Below, one piece after another: positions 16,355 through 25,138 of a DNA stretch of 26,422 bases (position 1 is its first letter; each line of letters opens with the position of its first letter). Origin of the DNA: a virus (lineage: Duplodnaviria; Caudoviricetes); IMG/VR virus record IMGVR_UViG_3300025111_000009, positions 1 through 26,422 of that record; one strand, given 5' to 3'. The position numbers were made by a program, and so were the translations under genes. The notes below the pieces were generated by a model. That model saw nothing but the letters and a program-made list of their open reading frames with translations. It was not told where the DNA came from and did no database searches.

Positions 16355-16897
16355 ATGTTAATTATAACTACATCCCAAAAAGAGTATTTTGATGAATCAA
16401 CCTCTAAGTTTGTTGACGTGCCAGGTAGGCAGATTGAATTAGAACATTCTCTTATCTCGCTATCTAAATGGGAAACCAAATGGTGTAAACCCTTTTTAAC
16501 TAAAGAAAAGAAAACCAATGAACAAATTCGCGATTATGTTAAATGTATGATCGTTTCTCGAAATGTTCCAGAAAAAATTGAGGACATTATAACGGATGAT
16601 CAATTAACAACAATTAATGAATACATTGACGCTCCCATGACAGCTACAACATTTGGTAAAACGCAACAGACAGGACGACAACACGAAGTAATAACCTCCG
16701 AATTAATTTATTATTGGATGATTGCCCTTAATATTCCATTTGAATGTCAAAAGTGGCATCTTAATCGTCTTTTGACCCTTATTCGAGTTTGCAGTATTAA
16801 AAATAGCCCGCAAAAGAAAATGTCTAGAAATGAAATTCTTGCACAGAATAGAGCATTAAATGCTGCGCGTCGAAACCAATTACAAACGAAAGGATGA
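16355..16897 (+). CDS. Conserved tail-region protein, probable second tail assembly chaperone
   Basis: LEHSLISLSKWE.KW.KPFL, ITSELIYYWM, WHLNRLLTLI and basic C-terminus. Function inferred from position. Confidence 0.62.
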   Translation: MLIITTSQKEYFDESTSKFVDVPGRQIELEHSLISLSKWETKWCKPFLTKEKKTNEQIRDYVKCMIVSRNVPEKIEDIITDDQLTTINEYIDAPMTATTFGKTQQTGRQHEVITSELIYYWMIALNIPFECQKWHLNRLLTLIRVCSIKNSPQKKMSRNEILAQNRALNAARRNQLQTKG

Positions 16898-16901
16898 TGC
16901 C

Positions 16902-17285
16902 GTGAACAATGAAGATTTAGATCAAAATTTGAACGAAGAATCAAAAAGGCCGACTAAAAATCGAGAAGATTTTATAAAGTCGCTTTTTAAACCACCAGCT
17001 CTTGTTGACGAATCGGACGAAGTATCTATCAATGAAGAGGTAGATGAAACTGATTCGAAATGGACCCAAAATGAAAAATTACCAGAGTTTATACCATATA
17101 ATGTTATAGCAACTGCTAGTGTTCCATCTCATTCCGGACCTGGGAGAAATTATCCAATGGAATGGCCAACAAGGATTGGGGAAATTTTTACTGTTTTTGA
17201 AACCGAACAAAGAGGCAAAATTATTTGGGGAAGAGTCTCAGATACCAGATGGGTGATTCTTAATTTTACAAGAAGGGAACACTAG
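16902..17285 (+). CDS. Protein with acidic low-complexity N-terminus and C-terminal SH3b-like domain
   Basis: GTG 16902 follows GAAAGGA. SGPGRNY...GEIFTVFE...WGRV...RWV matches the bacterial SH3 pattern. Confidence 0.6.
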   Translation: MNNEDLDQNLNEESKRPTKNREDFIKSLFKPPALVDESDEVSINEEVDETDSKWTQNEKLPEFIPYNVIATASVPSHSGPGRNYPMEWPTRIGEIFTVFETEQRGKIIWGRVSDTRWVILNFTRREH

Positions 17286-17291
17286 AATGAC

Positions 17292-17732
17292 ATGGAACCT
17301 TGGCAAATTATTGTAACTGCTGCGGCTGGGATTGTAACAATCCTTACGCTCTTTGAAAAAATTGGAAAAATTATTAAGGATGCAAAAAGAGCTGATGACT
17401 CAATGGATGAAGTTCGTAAGCTTCCGAAAAAGATTGAGGAAATTAATCGTCAATTACAGGAGTCAAGTAACTCCCAAGCTTTAATGGCCGAGGCCTTAAA
17501 GGGTATAATTCGTAATGAACTTTATATGTGCTTTAAAGAACATCGCGATATCGGGGCCTGTACTGATGATGAATTTAGGGTCCAAACAGCTCTTCATGAA
17601 ACATATAAACGATTAGGTGGAAATGGAGAAGAGGCCGTTTGGTGGGAAAAGAAAACACGTTGGAGAATAGTTTCCGAAGAGGAATTTGAACGACTATATC
17701 TTGAATATCTTGAAAAACAATGCCCTGACTAA
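17292..17732 (+). CDS. Holin-like membrane protein (single N-terminal TM, coiled coil, YKRLGGNG motif)
   Basis: Hydrophobic aa 5-21, heptad-like aa 25-70, and a Y-x2-LGGNG motif seen in small phage membrane proteins often annotated as holins. Confidence 0.5.
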   Translation: MEPWQIIVTAAAGIVTILTLFEKIGKIIKDAKRADDSMDEVRKLPKKIEEINRQLQESSNSQALMAEALKGIIRNELYMCFKEHRDIGACTDDEFRVQTALHETYKRLGGNGEEAVWWEKKTRWRIVSEEEFERLYLEYLEKQCPD

Positions 17733-17747
17733 ATGAAAGGAGGTGCT

Positions 17748-18125
17748 ATGATACGGATTACTCATAAAGGCCAATTTCAGCCCACATTTAAATTCTTTAA
17801 TGATACTAAAATCAAATTACCGTCTAGAATACGGGCTATATTTGAAAAGTACGGTCAAATCGGTGTTATGGCACTTCAACAAGCAACTCCAATAAGAACT
17901 GGTGAAACCGCTAGTCAATGGGGATACGAAATAGATGGCGCAAAACTGGTATTTACAAATGATCATATTGTTGGTAATGGTATTCCATTAGCTATATTAA
18001 TCCAATATGGTCACGGAACCGGAACGGGTGGATATGTTCAAGGAATAGATTATATTAATCCTGCATTGCGACCTATATTTGATAAAATTGCAGATGATTG
18101 CTTACGGGAGGTTGCAAACTTATGA
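17748..18125 (+). CDS. HK97 gp10-like neck/tail completion protein
   Basis: RBS AAAGGAGG favours ATG 17748. ATPIRTGETASQW, IQYGHGT and YINPAL motifs. Confidence 0.8.
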   Translation: MIRITHKGQFQPTFKFFNDTKIKLPSRIRAIFEKYGQIGVMALQQATPIRTGETASQWGYEIDGAKLVFTNDHIVGNGIPLAILIQYGHGTGTGGYVQGIDYINPALRPIFDKIADDCLREVANL

Positions 18126-21100
18126 GTAAAACGATTGACAGACGTGTTGCACAACTAGATTTTGAAAATTCCGGATTTGAAAAAAATATTGCTAGATCTG
18201 AAGATTCTTTAAAAAAGTTTAATGATGCTTTAAATAAAACCGATGGCGGAGGCATGAATCAGCTTGGTGGAATTGCCGGTGGAGTTATGGGTAAGTTTTC
18301 AGTCTTAGGAGCGATTGCTACTGGGGCATTAATGAAAATCGGTAATCAAGCAGTAGTTGCAGGCCAACAATTATTAAAGTCATTAACATTGGATCAAATT
18401 ACGGCGGGGTTTGGTGAATACGAGTTAAAGATTAATTCCATTAAAACAATATTGGCCTCTGGTAGAACTGCCGAGGGTTTACCAGTAACTTTAGATCAGG
18501 TTAATCAAAAACTAGAAGAATTAAATAATTATGCTGATCAAACCATTTATAGTTTTTCAGATATGACTTCAAATATTGGTAAATTTACAAACGCTGGAGT
18601 TAATCTAGATTTAGCTGTTGCCTCTATTCAAGGTATAAGTAATGCCGCTGCTTTAGCTGGCGCCAGTTCATGGGATGCATCAAGAGCAATGTATAATTTT
18701 GCCCAAGCATTATCTGCTGGTTATGTTAAATTAATTGATTGGAAATCCATCGAGACCGCAAATATGGCAACTGTAGATTTTAAAACCGAGTTGTTAGAAG
18801 CAGCCGTTGCAGCAGGAACTCTAGAAAAGACGACAGATGGACTTTATAAAGTTCTTAGTGGCAATGGAATGGATGAACCAATTAGCGCTACTAAATACTT
18901 TAATGAATCTTTGCAAGAGCAATGGATGACAACCGAAGTATTAACTACAACATTAGCAAAATATGCAGATGAAACAACTGAGATTGGTGCTAAAGCAACA
19001 GAAGCTGCGCAAAAAGTAAGAACTTTCAGTCAGTTAATGGATACAACGAAAGAAGCTCTTGGCTCTGGTTGGGCAATGACATTTGAGCATATTTTTGGAG
19101 ACTTTAAAGAGGCCTCGGAGCTTTGGTCTAATATCTCGAGCCTAATAGGGACTATTGTAGGACAAACCTCTGCTGCTAGAAACGAAATGGTAGAACTTTG
19201 GAGTTCTGCTGGAGTTTTTAAAGCTGTTTTATATAATATAGACACACCAATAAAGAGTCTATGGGAAATTTTACAAACAGTTACAGATGCATTTAAAGAG
19301 ATATTTCCCCCAAAAACAAAATTCGAACTGGTCCTATTGGCACAAAGTATTAGGGAGTTTTTAAATTCGCTTGTTCTTACAGAAGAACAACTTGATAAAA
19401 TTAAAACCATATTTAAGGGAGTTTTTTCGGCATTGCAGTTAGGTTGGAATGTTATTAAAGGCGTTATAAAAGGTCTTGTTGATGGAATAAAGCAGGTCTT
19501 TGATATGATTCCGAAAAAAGATGGTGCGGATATTTTAAGTTTCTTTGCCAGACTTGGAGATTGGTTTATTAAGTTGAATGAATCAGCTAAAAAAGCTGGA
19601 ACATTTGTTGCCATTGCGAAAGCCATAGCAGATACTATTGTACTAATTGCTACTAAGATTAAAGATGGTATGAAAGCTTTGAAAGATTCAAAATTCTTTA
19701 CTGAAAGTTTAAAGAATATTTTTACTAAGTTTCAGGACTGGTCAATCAATCTTCCTAAATTTGAAAAGGTTGGTGACTTCTTTCAAGGATTTAGTGATAA
19801 ACTTGCATCTATGAAGGGCGTTAGTACGGAGGGTTTGGATAAGTTACATGATAGTTTAAAAACGTTTTTTACTTATGTCGGTGATAAATTATCCCCTATA
19901 TGGGAATTCCTAAAAGGTGTCTTTGACAAAATTAAAACTTTCTTTGCTGATACATGGAAAACTGAGGGCCTATCGGGCTTTCTTAAAATTGCAACTGGTT
20001 TTGCGGTTGGTGGAGCTGGGTATGGAATTCTTGATTTCTTTAAAAGTATGGCAGGAATTGGTGATGGTGTAGGAGGTGCTATTGAAAATATTAGTGGTAT
20101 ATTTGATGGTCTCAAAGGTACCTTAGAAACCTATCAAGAGACTCTCAATGCACAAAAACTTCAAACCATTGCCATAGCAATAGGTATATTGGCCCTAGCA
20201 TTGTTGGTATTAACTCTGCTACCCAGCGATAAACTTTTATCAGCTAGTACAGCTATAACTGTCTTATTTGCAAATTTAGGTGCAGCAATGGTCGTTTTGG
20301 ATAAATCTGGCGGGGGCGGGTTTAGAGGCGCGGCAAACATGTTAATATTAGCAAGTGCCGTCTTTATTTTGGCCCTTGCTCTAAAACAACTAGATGGTGT
20401 GGATCCAAATAGTATTCTGGCCATGAGCGTAGTCATTGCTGAATTAATAGCATCAATGATGCTTCTCAGCAAAGGTGGTGGAAACATTACTGGAGCTGCA
20501 ACTGGAATGATGGGATTGGCCCTTGCTGTAATTTTAATGGCTGGAGCTGCAAAGATATTTGCTACCATGAAACCAGAGGAACTTCAACAAGGGATAACGG
20601 CAATATCGGTCCTTATGGCTGAGATGCTTATATTCTCGGTTGTAATGGGTCAAATGGGTACCAACGCTCTTGGAATTGCAGCTGCTGGTTTAGCTATGGG
20701 TATTATTGCAATCGCATTATTAGAACTTACTGGAGTAGTAGCAATTCTTGCAACAATGTCGGTGGATGATTTAACAAAAAGTATTGGAGCACTTGGTGCC
20801 ATGATGGCACTTTTAGCTATTGGTATGATTGCAATTGCAAATCCCCAGGTGTTATTTGGGGCTGCTGCAATGATTCTTATCGCAGCTGCTTTAGCTATAT
20901 TTGTGCCTTCCTTATTAATGCTTGGTAGTTTACCACTTGAAGTTATTGGAAAAGGATTACTTGCAATTGCTGGGATATTTGCTATTCTTGGTATTGCAGG
21001 TATGGTTTTAGCTCCCGTAGTTCCAGTTATTGCCGCTCTAGCTGTCTCTATATTCTTAATTGGATTAGCAACTCTCGCTGCTGGTGCTGGTTTGATGTTG

Positions 21101-22348
21101 TTTGGAACCGGACTAGCACTCGTTGCTGCCGGTGGCGCTGGAGCAATTGCAGTAATGATATTTGGTATTAAGGAATTCTTAAAACTTATTCCATTTGCGG
21201 TAACACAAATTGGTAATGGATTTATGGCATTTCTTAAAATTATTATTAATAATGCTCCATTAATTGGACAAGCAGTACTAACAATTTTAACAACAGTCTT
21301 AACAACAATAGGAAAAGCCATTCCGTTGATCGTTGAAACGATTCTTAATCTCCTTACAACACTATTGACAGCAATAACGGAACGATTACCAGATTTTATT
21401 CAAGCTGGTTTCGATTTATTATTAGCATTCTTACAAGGAATCGCAGATAATATTCAACAAGTTATTGAGATTGCAGCCGATATTCTTATTAATTTTATGG
21501 ATGGAATTGCAGCTAAAATCCCAGAAATTATTCAATCTGGTGTTGATATTATTACGGCATTTCTTGAAGGAATAGGAGATGCAACCATTGAGATTACAAA
21601 TACCGCTTTTCAAGTGATTATTGACTTTATTAATGGATTAGCGACTGCTATTGAAACTAACACTCCATTATTATTAGAGGCGTGTGAAAATTTAGCAACA
21701 GCTTTCTTGGATGGAGTTAAATCATATTTGAAAATCGAAGAAGGAGAAACTATTGCTGGTTATGTAGTCCAAGGTTTAATCAACGGAATTACGAATGGTA
21801 TTGCAGATGTTCTGGCAGCGGCAAAGGACTTGGGCCGAGGTATTATTGATGCTATAAACGAAGCCATGGGTAATGAGTCTCCGTCAAAGGAAACATATGC
21901 TAGCGGTCGTTATGCAGATGAAGGTTTAATAAATGGTCTGCTAAGTTTATCTGGAAAAGTTATTTCTGCTGCTAAAGGAGTCGGAACCTCTGCTGTTGAA
22001 GGAATAAAATCAACAATAAGTGGTATATCTGATGTTCTTAATAGTGAAGTTCAACTTAACCCGGTTATAACTCCAGTCATGGATCTAAGTAATATTAAAA
22101 ACGATGCAGAGACGATAAATGGTTTATTGAATAGTACTACTGCTTATAATTTAGCAAACAGTCAATCCTTGAGCGATTTACAACAAAATGCAATAGTTCA
22201 GACAGCTACTACTCAGGATAACCAACCCTTAGGACAAAATGTTCAGTTTGTTCAGAATAATTATTCACCTAAGGCTTTATCACAACTTGAAATTTACAGA
22301 CAAACAAAAAATCAACTAGCTATGCTGAAAGGATTGGTAACCCCTTAA
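18122..22348 (+). CDS. Tape measure protein
   Basis: About 1408 aa. GGGAGGT RBS and ATGA overlap support the 18122 start. Tape-measure domain (LNNYADQTIYSF...MYNFAQAL), long Ala/Gly/Ile/Leu hydrophobic region, amphipathic repeats, ESPSK motif. Confidence 0.95.
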   Translation: MSKTIDRRVAQLDFENSGFEKNIARSEDSLKKFNDALNKTDGGGMNQLGGIAGGVMGKFSVLGAIATGALMKIGNQAVVAGQQLLKSLTLDQITAGFGEYELKINSIKTILASGRTAEGLPVTLDQVNQKLEELNNYADQTIYSFSDMTSNIGKFTNAGVNLDLAVASIQGISNAAALAGASSWDASRAMYNFAQALSAGYVKLIDWKSIETANMATVDFKTELLEAAVAAGTLEKTTDGLYKVLSGNGMDEPISATKYFNESLQEQWMTTEVLTTTLAKYADETTEIGAKATEAAQKVRTFSQLMDTTKEALGSGWAMTFEHIFGDFKEASELWSNISSLIGTIVGQTSAARNEMVELWSSAGVFKAVLYNIDTPIKSLWEILQTVTDAFKEIFPPKTKFELVLLAQSIREFLNSLVLTEEQLDKIKTIFKGVFSALQLGWNVIKGVIKGLVDGIKQVFDMIPKKDGADILSFFARLGDWFIKLNESAKKAGTFVAIAKAIADTIVLIATKIKDGMKALKDSKFFTESLKNIFTKFQDWSINLPKFEKVGDFFQGFSDKLASMKGVSTEGLDKLHDSLKTFFTYVGDKLSPIWEFLKGVFDKIKTFFADTWKTEGLSGFLKIATGFAVGGAGYGILDFFKSMAGIGDGVGGAIENISGIFDGLKGTLETYQETLNAQKLQTIAIAIGILALALLVLTLLPSDKLLSASTAITVLFANLGAAMVVLDKSGGGGFRGAANMLILASAVFILALALKQLDGVDPNSILAMSVVIAELIASMMLLSKGGGNITGAATGMMGLALAVILMAGAAKIFATMKPEELQQGITAISVLMAEMLIFSVVMGQMGTNALGIAAAGLAMGIIAIALLELTGVVAILATMSVDDLTKSIGALGAMMALLAIGMIAIANPQVLFGAAAMILIAAALAIFVPSLLMLGSLPLEVIGKGLLAIAGIFAILGIAGMVLAPVVPVIAALAVSIFLIGLATLAAGAGLMLFGTGLALVAAGGAGAIAVMIFGIKEFLKLIPFAVTQIGNGFMAFLKIIINNAPLIGQAVLTILTTVLTTIGKAIPLIVETILNLLTTLLTAITERLPDFIQAGFDLLLAFLQGIADNIQQVIEIAADILINFMDGIAAKIPEIIQSGVDIITAFLEGIGDATIEITNTAFQVIIDFINGLATAIETNTPLLLEACENLATAFLDGVKSYLKIEEGETIAGYVVQGLINGITNGIADVLAAAKDLGRGIIDAINEAMGNESPSKETYASGRYADEGLINGLLSLSGKVISAAKGVGTSAVEGIKSTISGISDVLNSEVQLNPVITPVMDLSNIKNDAETINGLLNSTTAYNLANSQSLSDLQQNAIVQTATTQDNQPLGQNVQFVQNNYSPKALSQLEIYRQTKNQLAMLKGLVTP

Positions 22349-23259
22349 TGATAAATTCAGTTAAAATAACTAACCATTTAGGCGAAGTCCTAACAGTAGA
22401 ATTGAGGTTCCCGGAGAAATCCGGGTTCCTCCTTGCACATATTTCAGGATTAGAACCCCCGAAGGCTAGTGTTGTAACAACGGAATTAGCCGCACAGGAC
22501 GGTTCTGTTTATAATACTTCCCGGGTTTCTAATCGAAATATTGTATTTACATTTGTGTTTGGAGACAAATATAGTCCAGAGGAGGCGCGTTTATTAACAT
22601 ACAAATATTTTCCAATAAAAAAACGAGTATCACTCGAGTTTATAACCGAAACAAGACAGGCAACCACATATGGATATGTTGAATCAAATGCAGTAAACAT
22701 TTTTAGTCCACGGGTTGCAACTCAGATTTCGATTGTATGTCCAGATCCATATTTTTATTCATCGGCATTAACCTATACCTCATTAAGTGGTATAGATCCT
22801 CTCTTTGAATTTCCATTTTCAAATGAATCTCTATCTCTAAATTTAATAGAAATTTCTCAAATTTTAAACAATACAATAATTAACGTTCCATATTATGGCG
22901 AAGCCGATACAGGAATGGTTATTCATATTCATGCTTTAGGTTCAGCGGAAAATATTGTTCTATTTAATGAATTGACTGGAGAAACCTTTTCTCTTATTAC
23001 CGATTTATTATATACAGTTGATTGGGATCCTCAAGGTTTAACACTTGGAGATGAACTAATCGTTTCTTCTATTCGAGGAGATAAATATGTCAAGTTTCTA
23101 AGAAATGGTGTGTATTATAATATGCTTAATATGAGGGCTATTGATTCGAAATGGTTAATCTTACGAACTGGTGATAATCTTATTGGATATTCTGCTTCTT
23201 CTGGTGAAAACAATCTGCAAGTAAGAATTGAAAATCCAACCCTTTACGAAGGATTATAA
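22348..23259 (+). CDS. Distal tail protein (Dit)
   Basis: Follows the tape measure gene with a TAATG overlap. DGSVYN..R...RNIV, GYVES, ISIVCPDPYF and L..GDN motifs. Confidence 0.85.
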   Translation: MINSVKITNHLGEVLTVELRFPEKSGFLLAHISGLEPPKASVVTTELAAQDGSVYNTSRVSNRNIVFTFVFGDKYSPEEARLLTYKYFPIKKRVSLEFITETRQATTYGYVESNAVNIFSPRVATQISIVCPDPYFYSSALTYTSLSGIDPLFEFPFSNESLSLNLIEISQILNNTIINVPYYGEADTGMVIHIHALGSAENIVLFNELTGETFSLITDLLYTVDWDPQGLTLGDELIVSSIRGDKYVKFLRNGVYYNMLNMRAIDSKWLILRTGDNLIGYSASSGENNLQVRIENPTLYEGL

Positions 23260-23261
23260 CT

Positions 23262-24341
23262 ATGGAAGAACTAACTGTAATAGATAGTAACCTTAAACAG
23301 GTTGGAATAGTTGATAGTTTTACTTCTTTGTTATGGATTGAGCGATTTAATGGATTTGGAGACTTTGAATTTTATGCACCATATAATGCGACTCTCCATT
23401 CTTTAATGAGTCCGAATCGATTTGTAAAATTGAATGATTCAAAAAAAGCAATGATTGTAGAGAATCGCGATGTGGAATTTGATAAAGATCTTGGATATAT
23501 TTTAACCGTAAAAGGACGATCTCTTGAGTCAATATTATTAAGGAGACTTGCCCTGGGTTTTCCGCCAACAATTGGGTTTTTTAGTCCTCTTGTCGATAGT
23601 ATGTTTTATGATAATATAATTAGCCCGATTGATACCAATCGAACAATAAATGGATTTACTCTTGCAGAAGGAACATCTTCGTGGTCAATGAATCCAATTT
23701 ATAAAGTAGTTGAAAAAAATGAAACTGTTTATGATGTACTTGTTGATCTTTGCAGACCAAGAGGGTATGGGTTTAAGATAGAGTTAAATGAAGAGTTAAT
23801 AACTATTCCGTCTATTAAATTTATATTCTCTTTTTATCATGGAACTCGGCGAGATTATACACAACAGGATTATCCTTTTGTTATATTTTCGCGAGAATTT
23901 GAGAATCTCGTATCGGCTAATTCAATAGAAGATTACACAAATCATAAGTCTGTTGGCTACGTATATGGTGCTGGAGATGAATTTACAGTTCCAGTTGCTG
24001 TTGTTGGAACGGATACTGATTTAGATAGGAAAGAAGTCTATATTGATGGTAGTGATATACCCTTAGATGATGAGACGGGAACACCGATTCCATCTGGCGA
24101 GTATTTAGCATATTTGGAAGGTAAGGGTTATGAAGAATTAGACAAACTTACAGCACTTAATACATTAGAAGCAGATATTGATACAGATTCTCAATATATT
24201 TATGGACGCGACTTCTTTTTAGGTGATATTGTTCAACTAGAAGATGGCCGAGGAACTGAGTATAGTGCTCGAATTACGGAAATTATACGATCAACGAATG
24301 AACAGGGCACAAAAATATATCCTACGTTTGTTATTGAATAG
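23262..24341 (+). CDS. Baseplate hub/minor tail protein, siphovirus ReqiPepy6 Gp37-like
   Basis: SLLWIERF...GDFE, VKGRSLES.L.RR, DRKEVYID and YGRDFFLGDIV motifs. Position after Dit. Confidence 0.85.
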   Translation: MEELTVIDSNLKQVGIVDSFTSLLWIERFNGFGDFEFYAPYNATLHSLMSPNRFVKLNDSKKAMIVENRDVEFDKDLGYILTVKGRSLESILLRRLALGFPPTIGFFSPLVDSMFYDNIISPIDTNRTINGFTLAEGTSSWSMNPIYKVVEKNETVYDVLVDLCRPRGYGFKIELNEELITIPSIKFIFSFYHGTRRDYTQQDYPFVIFSREFENLVSANSIEDYTNHKSVGYVYGAGDEFTVPVAVVGTDTDLDRKEVYIDGSDIPLDDETGTPIPSGEYLAYLEGKGYEELDKLTALNTLEADIDTDSQYIYGRDFFLGDIVQLEDGRGTEYSARITEIIRSTNEQGTKIYPTFVIE

Positions 24342-24350
24342 GAGAATAAA

Positions 24351-25082
24351 ATGAAAAAAGGTTACGTAATAAATGATTATCCAAACCTCATTCCTTCGAA
24401 TTATGATTTTGTTTATATGGTTGGAATGATCGGGACCGAGCGAGAACCATTGTTTTTATCAAAGTGGGCAAACATTCAGCATGATAAAAGAGGTATTATT
24501 CACCAACCAGCTTTATCGGTAAGTAATACTGAATATGATAATGCAAGTGCTTTTAAGTGGTTGTTAGATGATTTAGGGTATGCCAATTGGAATAATGGCA
24601 ATCCATTAATAGTTGATATCTGGGAAGCAAAGGGAGAGTATCAGTTTAATTTGGATCATATAAGAGTATATGGTCAATATATATCTGATTATTTCGCCAC
24701 GAATCTTAAACCATTATTGCGTTTAAATGTTGTTACCTGGGATGCTTATTTAAAAAATAATCGAACAGAAGCATTAAGGTTGTTAAATAATTGGGAATTG
24801 TTATTGCTTCAGCCAGGTGTAAGTAAACCGGTATCCTTGAGTGATTATGGTTTACCAGCATGGTGGGAGTACGATTTTGGTCTATATAAAGTTGACACAA
24901 CTCGAGAATGGAAAATCGATGATTCACTACCACAACCCCCGGTTGATGATACTGAACCAACACAACCATCCGAACAAGAGTTACCACCAGAACAAGACTT
25001 ACCAATATACAACGTACCAAAAAAGTGGAAAATTAGTTTACTTGGTGGATTAATCAAGGGGACCTTAGAGGTGGATGAATAA
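24351..25082 (+). CDS. Degenerate GH25-like TIM-barrel protein with Pro/acidic linker
   Basis: DFVYM...EPLF...W, RGIIH, PLIVDIWE, KPLL, LLLLQPGVSKP and WWEY follow the GH25 motif order, but the catalytic motifs are altered. Confidence 0.5.
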   Translation: MKKGYVINDYPNLIPSNYDFVYMVGMIGTEREPLFLSKWANIQHDKRGIIHQPALSVSNTEYDNASAFKWLLDDLGYANWNNGNPLIVDIWEAKGEYQFNLDHIRVYGQYISDYFATNLKPLLRLNVVTWDAYLKNNRTEALRLLNNWELLLLQPGVSKPVSLSDYGLPAWWEYDFGLYKVDTTREWKIDDSLPQPPVDDTEPTQPSEQELPPEQDLPIYNVPKKWKISLLGGLIKGTLEVDE

Positions 25083-25138
25083 ATTGCCTCACAAAAAAAT
25101 ATCGTTCGTCATTATAACGAACAGTAGAAGGAGATAAT

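Noticed and set aside
16280-16357. Programmed frameshift or readthrough joining the two tail chaperone genes
   Set aside because: The genes are in the same frame but separated by TAG plus two TAA codons, and AAATTTA near 16286 is not in the X_XXY_YYZ phase.
19030-21613. Long minus-strand ORFs (198, 135, 223 aa and others) opposite the tape measure gene
   Set aside because: These are antisense shadows of an Ala/Gly/Ile-rich gene, with no convincing RBS or motifs. The same applies to the other minus-strand and nested alternative-frame ORFs in the track.
25083-25138. GTTCGT-N7-ACGAAC dyad and TATAAC as a promoter/operator before the receptor-binding gene
   Set aside because: Only a 6-bp stem, no properly spaced -35 box, and no second copy found in the window.
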